Below are positions 39,522 through 49,183 of a DNA stretch of 64,000 nt, piece after piece. A program made the translations under genes and the position numbers. The notes under the pieces are model-generated. The model ran no database searches and was not told the DNA's origin. It saw only the letters and a list, made by a program, of their open reading frames with translations. The stretch covers positions 256,001 through 320,000 of the forward strand of contig CBDDPY010000002.1 of assembly GCA_965232515.1 (NCBI GenBank), in the 5' to 3' direction. How positions within the stretch are numbered: position 1 is the first letter of the stretch; each line of letters opens with the position of its first letter. The DNA is from Alphaproteobacteria bacterium. GTDB taxonomy: Bacteria > Pseudomonadota > Alphaproteobacteria > GCA-2731375.

Positions 39522-40388
39522 ATGCTGTCTGTGCAACCCTTACCCGGTCCGTTCGGCGCGGAGATCTCCGGCATCGATCTGTCGCAGCCGCTGGAAGACG
39601 AGACGATGCGCGAAATCCTGGAGGTCTTCCATCGGCATCAGATCATCGTCATGCGCGATCAGAAGCTGGCCTTCGAGGACTTCGATGCGTTTACCAAGAA
39701 TTTCGGCGACCAGCGGCCGCATTTCCTCGATCACTTGCGCATGCGGGGCCACCCCGCGATCCTGATGCTCTCGAACGTGTTCGAGGGCGAGCGTCCGACC
39801 GGCGTCTACGAGGGTGCGGCCTTCTGGCACACCGATGTCGCCTACGAGGATCCGCCGAACAGCTCGACCATCGTCTATGCGCTGGAGACGCCCGACGGCG
39901 GCTGCCCGACCGAATTCGCCGACTGCTTCACCGCCTACGACGACCTGTCGCAGAAGACCAAGGACGTCATTGACGGCATGACGGCCGTGCACCATTACGG
40001 CAACCGCTGGGACATGGATGAGGACTCGCCGACGTCGGCCGAGCGCCTGACGCCGGAGCAGAAGGCGCGTGTGGCGAACGTCCATATGCCGGTGGTGCGC
40101 CGGCACCACGTCACCGGCCGCAAGGCGCTCTACGGCGTCGCCGGCAGCTCTTTCGGCATCGTCGGCATGCCCGACGACGAGGCCATCGATCTATTGGACG
40201 AGCTGGCCCGGCACGCCACGCAGGAGAAGTACCGCAACCAGTGGGACTATGCCGTCGGCGACATCGCCGCCTGGGACACGTTCTCGACGCTGCACAAGGC
40301 CCAGGTCCAGGCGCCGGCCAGGGGCGACACCGACCGCCGCATCCTCTGGCGCGTCAGCGTCACCGGCAAGCCCCCGCTCTGCCGGTAG
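39522..40388 (+). CDS. TauD/TfdA family Fe(II)/2-oxoglutarate dioxygenase
   Basis: GAEISGIDL, WHTD (HxD), H..TGRKALY, WD...TLH, R.LWR. Confidence 0.9.
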   Translation: MLSVQPLPGPFGAEISGIDLSQPLEDETMREILEVFHRHQIIVMRDQKLAFEDFDAFTKNFGDQRPHFLDHLRMRGHPAILMLSNVFEGERPTGVYEGAAFWHTDVAYEDPPNSSTIVYALETPDGGCPTEFADCFTAYDDLSQKTKDVIDGMTAVHHYGNRWDMDEDSPTSAERLTPEQKARVANVHMPVVRRHHVTGRKALYGVAGSSFGIVGMPDDEAIDLLDELARHATQEKYRNQWDYAVGDIAAWDTFSTLHKAQVQAPARGDTDRRILWRVSVTGKPPLCR

Positions 40389-40405
40389 CAGTAAGAACTC
40401 TGTTG

Positions 40406-40472
40406 GTCATCCTGGCGCAGGCCAGGATCCACTTTGGCCTTCGTCTTGGATGCCGGCCTTCGCCAGCATGAC
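40406..40472. repeat. REP-like inverted doublet, family C
   Basis: GTCATCCTGGCGCAGGCCAGGATCCA ... TGGATGCCGGCCTTCGCCAGCATGAC; between convergent genes. Confidence 0.8.
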
Positions 40473-40484
40473 AAACCAGCGAAG

Positions 40485-41272
40485 CTACATCCTGTAACTC
40501 GTATCCTCGCGATCCATGCGGCGGACGAGGGCGGCGAACTCGCGGGCGCCCGGGCTGCTGTTGAACTCGCCGCCGAACCTGATCAGTTCGGCCGTATGCT
40601 CCGGCACGCCCTCGGGCGGCATGTGCAGTTTCGCCGCGCCGCCGGCCATGGCGGCAACCTGCATGCGGCAGGCCTGCTCCATGTAGTACATGGCGATGAA
40701 GGCTTCCGGCACCGTGCGCCCGGCCGTCAGCAGGCCGTGGTTGCGCAGGATCATTACCGGTTTGTCGCCGATATCCGCGATCAGCCGCTGCTGCTCGTCG
40801 AAGTCCAGCGCCGGCCCCTCGTATTCGTGATAGGCCACCTGACCATGGAAGATCATAGCGGTCTGCGTCAGCGGCAGCAGCCCGTCCTCCTGGGCCGAGA
40901 CGGCGCAGCCCGCGACCGTATGCGTGTGCAGCACGCAGCCGATATGCGGCAGGTCGCGGTGGACGCAGCTATGGATCACGAACCCCGCCGGATTGATGCC
41001 GTAGTCGCTGTCGCCGATGATCTTGCCGTCGAGATCGACCTTCACCAGGTTCGACGCCGTCACCTCGTCATAGAGCAGCCCGAAGGGATTGATCAAAAAT
41101 GATGCTCCGGCCCCGGCACGCGGGCCGAGATATGGGTATAGATCAGATCGTCCATGCCCAGGCGCTGGATCAGCCGATAGCAGGCCGCGAGTTCGACCCG
41201 TGCGTCCCATTCCTCGTCGCTGACATCCGACCGCCGGCCGCGGCTTTCGGTGTCGATCGCCGATACGCTCAT
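40485..41272 (-). pseudogene. Class II aldolase/adducin family protein, frameshifted at A5 run 41095-41099
   Basis: From ATG 41272: ...EWDARVELAACYRL...DLIYTHISARVPGPEHHF then TGA; other frame continues FLINPFGLLYDEVTASNL...HTHT...LRNHG. Confidence 0.85.
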
Positions 41273-41343
41273 GCTGCGTCTCTCCCCGTCGATGCTATGC
41301 TCTAGCCTCGTCGTCAGTGAACCACGCTTTGGAGAGAAACACC

Positions 41344-42216
41344 ATGTCAGCCGATGCGAAAGCCGTGCTCGCCGCCAGCCTGAAGAACCGTGACTTCGTC
41401 TGCGCGCCGGGCGTGTTCGACCTGATTTCGGCCCGCATGGCCGACCGCTTCAAATTCAAGGCGATTTATCTCACCGGCTACGGTGTCGCGGCCTCGCATC
41501 TCGGCATGCCGGACGCCGGCTACGCCACCTATGCCGACATGCTGGGCCGGGTGCGGCAGATCTGCGAACGCACCACGACGCCGCTGATCGCCGATGCCGA
41601 CACCGGCTTCGGCGGCGCGCTCAACGTGCAGCAGGCCGTGCGCGGCTATGAGTCGGTCGGCGCCGCCGGTATCCAGATCGAGGACCAGGAGTTCCCCAAG
41701 AAATGCGGCCACACGCTCGGCCGCCGGGTGATCCCGGTCGAGGACATGGTGACCAAGATCCGCGTCGCCGCCGACGCCAAGCAGAGCGCCGACTTCCAGA
41801 TCGTCGCCCGCACGGATGCCCGCACCAGCCTCGGCCTCGACGAGGCCCTGCGCCGGGCCGAAGCCTTCGCCAAGGCCGGCGCCGACGTGCTGTTCGTCGA
41901 GTCGCCCGAGAGCGAGGAGGAGATGGAGCGGATCTGCCGCAGTTTCGATCTTCCCTGCCTTGCCAACATGGTCGAGGGCGGCCGCACGCCGGTGCTGTCG
42001 GCCGCGCGCCTGGCCGAGATCGGCTACGCCATCGCCATTTTCCCCGCCGCCGGCTTCCTCGCCGTGGCGCAGGCGCTGCACGAGACCTACACCTACCTCG
42101 ACGCTCACGGCTCGAGCGCCGGCAGCGATCAGCCCCGCTATCCCTTCGCCGAGATGAACGAGCTCATGGGCTTCCCCGAGGTCTGGGCCTTCGACGAGAA
42201 GTACGGCGACAAGTAG
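41344..42216 (+). CDS. Isocitrate lyase/PEP mutase family enzyme (methylisocitrate/dimethylmalate lyase-like)
   Basis: DADTGFG, IEDQEFPKKCGH, ARTDA, NMVEGGRTP. Confidence 0.9.
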   Translation: MSADAKAVLAASLKNRDFVCAPGVFDLISARMADRFKFKAIYLTGYGVAASHLGMPDAGYATYADMLGRVRQICERTTTPLIADADTGFGGALNVQQAVRGYESVGAAGIQIEDQEFPKKCGHTLGRRVIPVEDMVTKIRVAADAKQSADFQIVARTDARTSLGLDEALRRAEAFAKAGADVLFVESPESEEEMERICRSFDLPCLANMVEGGRTPVLSAARLAEIGYAIAIFPAAGFLAVAQALHETYTYLDAHGSSAGSDQPRYPFAEMNELMGFPEVWAFDEKYGDK

Positions 42217-42243
42217 GGGTCCCACGACCCGGACCGACGCGGG

Positions 42244-43761
42244 ATGTCCAGCGTCAGCACTGACCTGGACCTCGACGCGCCGTCGGCGTCGCAGCGCTGG
42301 GCCATCCTGATTTCGGTGGTGCTGGCGGTCACGCTCTACGGCATGACCATCCTGATCGTGACCGTGCTGCTGCCGCAGATGCAGGGCTCGCTGTCGGCGA
42401 CGCGCGACCAGATCGCCTGGGTCATGACCTTCAACATCCTGGCGACCGCCGTGGTCACGCCGATGACCGGCTGGCTCGCCGCCCGCTTCGGCCGGCGCAA
42501 CGTCATGCTGGGCGGCGTCGGCGGTTTCGCCGTCGCGACCATCGCCTGTGGTCTCGCCGACAATCTGGTGCCGCTGGTGCTCTACCGCATCGTCCAGGGG
42601 GCCTGCGGCGCGCCGCTGGTGCCGCTGGGCCAGGCCATCATCCTCGACAGCTTTCCGAAGCGCCAGCACGGCATGGCGACCTCGATCTTCGGCATGGGCG
42701 TGGTCATCGGTCCCGCCATCGGCCCGACGCTCGGCGGCTATCTGGCCGAGGAATACAACTGGCGCTGGGCCTTCTTCATGATCGTGCCGTTCGCCACGGC
42801 GGCGCTGCTGGGCCTGTTCGTGTTCCTGAGCGAGAAGGGGCGGCAGGCCGACGTCCGCCTCGACTGGACCGGTTTCCTGGCGCTCTCGACCGCCATCGTC
42901 TGCCTGCAGCTCATGCTCGACCGCGGCCAGCGGCAGGACTGGTTCGAAAGCCCGGAGATCATCATCGAGGCGAGCGTCGCCGTCGTCGCCTTCTACATCT
43001 TCGTCGTGCACAGCCTGACGGCGAAGAAACCGTTCCTGAATCCAAAGCTGCTGCTCGACCGCAACTACACGATCGGCCTGATCATCGTCACGGTCTACGG
43101 CATGCTCAACTTCACGCCGATGGTGCTGCTGCCGCCCATGCTGCAGAATCTGATGGGCTTCCCGGATTCGATCATCGGCACCGTCGTCGCCGCGCGCGGC
43201 GCCGGCGCCGTGATCGGCTTCTTCATGGCCATGTATATCGGCAAGCTCGACCCGCGCATCGGCATGGCCGGCGGCTTCGCCTTCCAGGGCGTCTCGGGCC
43301 TGATGATGGCCGGCTTCGACTTCAACACCACGTTCGCCGATGTGGCGCTCGTCAGCGGCATGCAGGGAATCGCCGTCGGCGTCGTCTGGGTGCCGCTCAC
43401 GGTGGCGACCTTCGCGACCCTGTCACCGCAGTACTTGGCCGAGGGGTCGTCCGTCTATCACCTGCTGCGCAATCTCGGCAGCTCGATCTTCATTTCCGGC
43501 TCGGTGACGCTCGCCATCGTCACCACGCGCATGAACTATGCCGGCCTCACCGAGTACATCTCGCCCTACAACGAAAACCTGGCCTACGCCACGATCACCG
43601 GCGGCTGGAACATCGACAGCGTCGCTGGCCTCGCCGGTCTCAGCGGCGAGATCGGCCGCCAGGCGGCGATGATCGGCTACCTGAACGCTCACTGGGCCTA
43701 CACCCTCACCTGTTTCCTGGTCGTGCCGCTGGTGCTGCTGGTGCGCGTGAAGCGCCGTTAA
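42244..43761 (+). CDS. DHA2 family MFS efflux permease (EmrB/QacA-like)
   Basis: WVMTFN, GWLAARFGRR, RIVQG, GPAIGPTLGG, WRWAF, LDRGQ.QDWF. Confidence 0.9.
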   Translation: MSSVSTDLDLDAPSASQRWAILISVVLAVTLYGMTILIVTVLLPQMQGSLSATRDQIAWVMTFNILATAVVTPMTGWLAARFGRRNVMLGGVGGFAVATIACGLADNLVPLVLYRIVQGACGAPLVPLGQAIILDSFPKRQHGMATSIFGMGVVIGPAIGPTLGGYLAEEYNWRWAFFMIVPFATAALLGLFVFLSEKGRQADVRLDWTGFLALSTAIVCLQLMLDRGQRQDWFESPEIIIEASVAVVAFYIFVVHSLTAKKPFLNPKLLLDRNYTIGLIIVTVYGMLNFTPMVLLPPMLQNLMGFPDSIIGTVVAARGAGAVIGFFMAMYIGKLDPRIGMAGGFAFQGVSGLMMAGFDFNTTFADVALVSGMQGIAVGVVWVPLTVATFATLSPQYLAEGSSVYHLLRNLGSSIFISGSVTLAIVTTRMNYAGLTEYISPYNENLAYATITGGWNIDSVAGLAGLSGEIGRQAAMIGYLNAHWAYTLTCFLVVPLVLLVRVKRR

Positions 43762-43816
43762 GTCGGTCCAACCACCCGGCAAACGCGACGTCCGAAGACC
43801 GCGTCGGTCGCCCTGA

Positions 43817-43832
43817 GTTAACAGATTATTAA
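43817..43832. promoter_or_regulatory. CtrA full binding site
   Basis: GTTAA-CAGATTA-TTAA is the reverse complement of consensus TTAA-N7-TTAAC; about 200 bp upstream of the hybrid kinase. Confidence 0.7.
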
Positions 43833-44034
43833 ATCCGCATTGTTTATGACCGGGGCCAGTCTTGGCACCGGGGTCGCGCCAGTTCGACATCCATTCAGGA
43901 TGAAGGCCCCGAAGCGTGCGAGAGTCCGGGATAACAGCGTTCTTCTTCCGATCTGAGCCTGTCGCTGCGCTCGGTTTCGGTCTGCCGGTTTCGCATCATC
44001 GGCGCATTCACGGGTCCGTTGGAAAGGTGCGCCC

Positions 44035-46296
44035 GTGAGCGATAGCAGATCGGTAGTCGGCACCGCGCGTCGCGATGCCGTGATCAGCGGCGTCCTCGTC
44101 CTGGCAGCCTTCGCCCTGGCATCTGGCTTTGACTTCCACGAGCGTTGGGACGCCTTCACGGCCGCCCATGAGGCGTGGGAGATTGACGAAATTCCGCTGG
44201 CCTTTGCGCTCACGACGTTTGCTTTCGCCGTCTTTGCATTCCGGCGTTGGCGCGAGGCGCGGCATCAGGGGGCGCGAAGTGTTGCCCTGAATGCCCGTCT
44301 GCGTGTTGAAATTGCTGCGCGTGAGGAAAGCGAGCACCGCTTTCAGGATTTTGCCGAGGCGGGGTCCGATTGGTTCTGGGAGATGGATGCCGAACTTCGG
44401 TTTTCATGGTTTTCGGCGAATATCGAGCAGGCACTGGGAGTCGAGGCGGCGAAGCTCGTTGGCCGCTCGCGCCATGAGCTGAAGGACGCTGGAAATCCGC
44501 CCGAGCAGTGGCGCGCGCATCTGGACACCTTGGCCCGCCGCCAGCCGTTTCGCGATTTCACCTATCAGGTGGCGAACGCCGAATTCGGTCAGGTTTGGGT
44601 GCAGATTAGCGGCGTGCCGGTCTTCGATACGGATGGCGTATTCACCGGATACCGCGGCGTCGGCCGTAATTTGACCGATCTCAAGCAGGCCGAGGCGGCG
44701 CTGCGGCAGCGTGAGGCCGAAGCGACAACCTCCCGTCGGCTGCTGGTCGATGCGATAAACGCCATGACGGATGGTTTCGCCATGTACGACGCCAATGACC
44801 GCTTGGTGCTGTGCAACCAGAAATACAAGGAAATGTACGCCGAGAGCGCCGCCGCGATGATCCCGGGGGCGCGGTTCGAGAGCATCCTGCGCTACGGACT
44901 CGAGCGCGGACAATACGCCGACGCCATCGGCCGCGAAGAGGCATGGCTGGCCGAACGCATGCGCGTGCACCGGACCGGCCGGCAGTCGATCGAGCAGCAG
45001 TTGGCGAACGGCCGCTGGCTGCTGATCAACGAGCGCCGGACCGAGGACGGTGGCTACGTCGGTGTGCGGACCGATCTGACCGAGCTGAAGAAGCGGGACG
45101 AACAGCTCGGCCGCATGCAGCGGCTCGATGCCATCGGCAAGATGACCGGTGGTATCGCGCACGATTTCAACAATCTGTTGGCAATCGTTATCGGCAACTT
45201 CCAGCTCTTACAGCGCGAGCCGGGACAGAGCGACGCGGCCAAGCGTTTCCTGCAAGACGGCTTGGATGCGGCGCTGCGCGGTGCCGAATTGACCCAGCGC
45301 ATGCTGGCGTTCGGCCGGCGTCAGCTCCTGCAGCCAAAGGCCGTCGATATCAACGTCCTGGTCTCCGGCATTGACGCGCTGATGCGGCGAACGATCGGTC
45401 CGATGATCGCGGTCGAAACGCGTCTGGCGGCCGACTTGCCGACCGTGCTGATCGATCCAGGCCAGTTCGAGAACGCCTTGCTCAACCTCGCCCTCAATGC
45501 CCGCGATGCCATGCCGCGGGGCGGCAGGCTGATGATCGAAACTGCGGATGTCGAGCTCACCAAGTCGGATCTCGTCGGGGCCGACGATGTCGATCCCGGC
45601 GCCTACGTCATGCTCGCTGTCACGGATACCGGCAGCGGCATGCCGTCAGCGGTAATCGAGCACGTGTTCGAGCCGTTCTTTACGACCAAGGAAACGGGCA
45701 AGGGGACCGGTCTCGGACTGAGCATGGTCTATGGCTTCGTGAGGCAGTCCCAAGGCCATATCAGCATCGACAGCGAGGTTGGGCGAGGCACGACGGTGCG
45801 GCTCTACTGCCCGCACAACCACACACTGAACGCATCCATTTCCGACCGGCTTGATACCGCGTCCGGCCCGAATGTCGAAGGCGGCAGTGAAACCGTTCTC
45901 GTTGTCGATGACGAGGAGGCGGTTCGCCGCACGGCGCTTAACATGCTGAAGCAACTGGGCTATGCGACCGTAGAGGCCAGCAACGGACAGGAAGCGCTGA
46001 CGCTTCTGCAGGCCCGTCCCGATATCGATCTGCTGCTGACCGACGTGATCATGCCCGGCGGTATGAGCGGCATCGACTTGGCGCAGGCCGCCAAGCGGCG
46101 TGACTTGGCCGTTCTTCTGACGTCGGGTTACAGCGATGAAAGTTTCTCGTATGGCGACGTGGCGATTTCTGACGTGGCTTGGCTGCCCAAACCGTTCCTG
46201 ACACCGCAGCTCGCTCAAAAAGTTCGGCAGGCGCTCGACCGGCGGCCGGATCGTGCCGGGCCGTTTAGTGAGAATGGAGTTGGCGATGCCGGGTAA
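44035..46296 (+). CDS. Membrane-anchored hybrid histidine kinase (2TM-PAS-PAS-HisKA-HATPase-REC)
   Basis: SDWFWEMD PAS, LVLCN..Y PAS_7-like, GGIAHDFNNLL, NARDAM, EPFFTTK..GKGTGLGL, VVDDE/TDVIMPGG/KP. Confidence 0.93.
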   Translation: MSDSRSVVGTARRDAVISGVLVLAAFALASGFDFHERWDAFTAAHEAWEIDEIPLAFALTTFAFAVFAFRRWREARHQGARSVALNARLRVEIAAREESEHRFQDFAEAGSDWFWEMDAELRFSWFSANIEQALGVEAAKLVGRSRHELKDAGNPPEQWRAHLDTLARRQPFRDFTYQVANAEFGQVWVQISGVPVFDTDGVFTGYRGVGRNLTDLKQAEAALRQREAEATTSRRLLVDAINAMTDGFAMYDANDRLVLCNQKYKEMYAESAAAMIPGARFESILRYGLERGQYADAIGREEAWLAERMRVHRTGRQSIEQQLANGRWLLINERRTEDGGYVGVRTDLTELKKRDEQLGRMQRLDAIGKMTGGIAHDFNNLLAIVIGNFQLLQREPGQSDAAKRFLQDGLDAALRGAELTQRMLAFGRRQLLQPKAVDINVLVSGIDALMRRTIGPMIAVETRLAADLPTVLIDPGQFENALLNLALNARDAMPRGGRLMIETADVELTKSDLVGADDVDPGAYVMLAVTDTGSGMPSAVIEHVFEPFFTTKETGKGTGLGLSMVYGFVRQSQGHISIDSEVGRGTTVRLYCPHNHTLNASISDRLDTASGPNVEGGSETVLVVDDEEAVRRTALNMLKQLGYATVEASNGQEALTLLQARPDIDLLLTDVIMPGGMSGIDLAQAAKRRDLAVLLTSGYSDESFSYGDVAISDVAWLPKPFLTPQLAQKVRQALDRRPDRAGPFSENGVGDAG

Positions 46297-46657
46297 GTTG
46301 CTGTTGGTCGACGACGAGGCCGGCATACGCAATTTCTTCACCAACGTGGCCGGACGCCTGGGATTCGAGGTGACGGCCGTGGAATCCGTGGACCAGTTCC
46401 TCGCCAGCTATCGTGCGCAGAAGCCGTCGCTCATGGTCATGGATTTGATGATGCCCTCCAAAGACGGCGTCGAGCTGATGGGCGTGCTGGCCGACGACGG
46501 CTGCGACGTGCCGATCTATCTGATCAGCGGCAGCGACGCCAAGCTACTCGACCGCGCGCGACGGCTCGGCAAGGCGCGCGGGCTCGATATTCGCGACGTC
46601 CTGACCAAGCCAATCATGTTGGAAGATCTCGAGGCCGCGTTCGACAATCTGATCTAG
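46286..46657 (+). CDS. Single-domain response regulator
   Basis: LLVDDE, MDLMMP..DG, ISG, TKP; overlaps kinase stop. Confidence 0.9.
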   Translation: MPGKLLLVDDEAGIRNFFTNVAGRLGFEVTAVESVDQFLASYRAQKPSLMVMDLMMPSKDGVELMGVLADDGCDVPIYLISGSDAKLLDRARRLGKARGLDIRDVLTKPIMLEDLEAAFDNLI

Positions 46658-46664
46658 CAGGCCG

Positions 46665-47378
46665 CTACTCGCAGCGGCGCAGTTCCTGCGTGTTGCTTAC
46701 GGTCTGCCAGGCCAGTCGGTCCGGACCGCGTCGGATCAGCTTGTCGCCGGTGGTCGGGTAGATCAACTCGTTCTCGCTTGAACCCGGGCTGAAGACTTCC
46801 TTCAGCTTGGCACAGGACGCGTCCGAGCTGCCGGAGCAAGCCGACATGCCGAGCTCGCGCATCGACACGGCCTCGAACTTGTAGGTCGTGCTGTCGCCAC
46901 AGCTTTCCCGCCAGTTGCCTTGGAAGAACGTCAAATCGACCGTGCCCTCGGCGTTGTCGTCCTGATACTCCGTCAGGATCGTGCAGGCGCTATCCGCCGG
47001 CACGGCCTCGTCGCAGTCGGCCAGCGCGCGCTGTCGCGCCATCTCCTGCGTCTCCGCACCGCAGACGCCGGCAAAGGTGCCGGCCTGATTGGTGGCGATG
47101 GCGCCGAATCCGCCCTCCGCGCAGGAGACGATCGGGACGCAGTTCTCGCCACCGAATTCTCGGCACAGCGCTTCGACGCCGGCATCGGCTTCCGGCACCG
47201 TGCCCTCGACCTTGTAGGCATAGACGCCTTTGTCGGGGTCGAGCGCGATCGCGGATGCGCCCTCTACCCGGCTGGTCTGGGCAAAGCAGATGGCGAAGGT
47301 GGCCAGCGCCGCGCCGGCGAGCCAAAGCGTGCGCGCCGGCAACGGCCGTGCGATTGCGGAATTTCTGATCATTGCCAT
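46665..47378 (-). CDS. Secreted Cys-rich protein, DUF4189-like N-domain plus extra C-terminal domain
   Basis: Signal peptide; two internal repeats SAIA...ALC..C / GAIA...ALADC..C. Confidence 0.6.
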   Translation of the reverse strand: MAMIRNSAIARPLPARTLWLAGAALATFAICFAQTSRVEGASAIALDPDKGVYAYKVEGTVPEADAGVEALCREFGGENCVPIVSCAEGGFGAIATNQAGTFAGVCGAETQEMARQRALADCDEAVPADSACTILTEYQDDNAEGTVDLTFFQGNWRESCGDSTTYKFEAVSMRELGMSACSGSSDASCAKLKEVFSPGSSENELIYPTTGDKLIRRGPDRLAWQTVSNTQELRRCE

Positions 47379-47448
47379 GTTCCCAACGTCATCCCGCCCC
47401 GCGGTTCGGGGGCTGCTGAATCGGTGTCTTGGCCGGACGTGTCCCGGA

Positions 47449-47652
47449 CTATTCCTTGTTCCAGGGACAATTGGCTCGGCTGGCTTCGGCAGTGTCGTAT
47501 TTCTGCTCGGAATTCGAATAAGTCACGAAGACCACCGACCCGTCCGGCGCGCAGACCGGATCGAGCACGCCGCCCGCCGTCTGCGTGCCACGCTCGCCGG
47601 CGCACGCGGCCAGCATCAGCGCCGTGATGCCAGCAAGAAGCCATTTCACCAT
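47449..47652 (-). CDS. Small hypothetical lipoprotein (67 aa)
   Basis: MVKWLLAGITALMLAAC lipobox (LAAC), two further Cys, GAGG RBS. Confidence 0.7.
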   Translation of the reverse strand: MVKWLLAGITALMLAACAGERGTQTAGGVLDPVCAPDGSVVFVTYSNSEQKYDTAEASRANCPWNKE

Positions 47653-47774
47653 CTGCATCCTCGCGCGGCTACGGTTACGACTGCTTGATTGTCCGACCAG
47701 AATATAGGCCCGTGCGCGGTGAGCGCCAACGCCCGGTCGTCCGATGCCCAACAAAAATCACAGCCGGAAACAGC

Positions 47775-48962
47775 TTAGTGGCCAATGATTTGCGCCTCGC
47801 GCAAAGCGGCGATTTCGGGCGCCGACATGCCGGCCTCGGCCAGCACGTCATCGGTGTGCGCGCCAAGTTGCGGCGCGCCGTGACGGATCGACGTCGGTGT
47901 CTCGCTGAACCGCGCGGCCGCTCTCGCCTGGCGCAGCCGGCCGGCCTCGGGATGGTCGGTTTCGACCACGACGTCGCTGGCCAGGATCTGCGGGTGTTCG
48001 AGCAGCTCGTTCCGCGTCATCACGGGCGCGCAGGGCACGCCGGCCGCTTCAAGCCGCGTCAGCCATTCCGCCGTTGTCCGCGTCTGCAAAACTTCCTGCG
48101 TCAGCGACAGGCGGTCGTCGATGTTGCGGTCGCGCAGTTCAGGCGTTTTGAAGCGTTCGTCGTCCAGCCATTCAGGCCGCGCAAGCGCCTGGCACAGGCC
48201 GGCCCATTCGCGATCCGACATCACCGCGACGCTCATATGGCCGTCGCTGGTCTCGTAGATCAGGTCGATGAAGCTCGCGGCGCGCTGCTGGCTGACGGTC
48301 TTGCCGACGAAGGTCTGGCCGCCCATGTCCGACGACCACAGGAATGCCAGCACGGCATCCAGCATCGACAGCCGCACGTGCTGGCCCTGGCCGGTCCGTT
48401 CGCGCGCCAGCAACGCCGCCGTGATCGCCTGCGCCGCCGTCACCGCCGTCAGCTTGTCCGGCAGGATCGTACGGATCAGCCGCGGCCGCTGCTGGTCCGA
48501 GCCGCCTTGCACCGACGCCAGACCCGACACGGCCTGGATAATCGGATCGTAGGTCGGCTTGCCGGCATAGGGACCGGCTTCGCCGAAACCGCTGATCGAG
48601 ACATAGACGATATCGGGCGCCACGGCCCGGATCGCGTCCTCGCCGATGCCCATGCGGTCGACCACGCCCGGCCGGAAGTTCTGGATGAAGACATCGGCGC
48701 TGGCCGCCAGGCGCTTTAATACCTCACGGCCGCGTTCGTCTTTCAAATCAATCGTAACCGAGCGTTTGTTACGGTTATTGTTGAGGAAACTCGCCGGCAG
48801 GCCGCCGCTGCGGTTGCCGCCGGCGCGGACATGGTCGCCACGGCCGGGAATCTCGACCTTGATCACGTCGGCGCCCTGGTCGCCCAGCATCATGGTGGCG
48901 AACGGACCTGAGATCATGCTGGTCAGATCGATAATGCGATAACCGTCTAGCGGACCCGGCAT
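47775..48962 (-). CDS. CaiB/BaiF family III CoA-transferase
   Basis: GPLDG.RIIDL, GADVIKVE, NRNKRS, NFRPGV.DRMG, YD..IQA.SG, APQLGAHT. Confidence 0.93.
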   Translation of the reverse strand: MPGPLDGYRIIDLTSMISGPFATMMLGDQGADVIKVEIPGRGDHVRAGGNRSGGLPASFLNNNRNKRSVTIDLKDERGREVLKRLAASADVFIQNFRPGVVDRMGIGEDAIRAVAPDIVYVSISGFGEAGPYAGKPTYDPIIQAVSGLASVQGGSDQQRPRLIRTILPDKLTAVTAAQAITAALLARERTGQGQHVRLSMLDAVLAFLWSSDMGGQTFVGKTVSQQRAASFIDLIYETSDGHMSVAVMSDREWAGLCQALARPEWLDDERFKTPELRDRNIDDRLSLTQEVLQTRTTAEWLTRLEAAGVPCAPVMTRNELLEHPQILASDVVVETDHPEAGRLRQARAAARFSETPTSIRHGAPQLGAHTDDVLAEAGMSAPEIAALREAQIIGH

Positions 48963-49183
48963 CGGCTCCCTCCCTGGCAAACGACAAAGCCGCCGGTCTC
49001 CGGCGGCATTTCCTAATACTTGGTCGAACCCGCCGCGGGACGCAAGACCGTTCGATTTCGTTCGCAACGGCGGCGGGCGCAACGGGTTCGCAAATGCGCG
49101 TTGCTCCGCTTCGCGGCCGAGACTAGGCTCGATCCAACGACCGAGCCCAAAGCCTCGGCGAACCGGATTAGGGAGAGCTGAGA

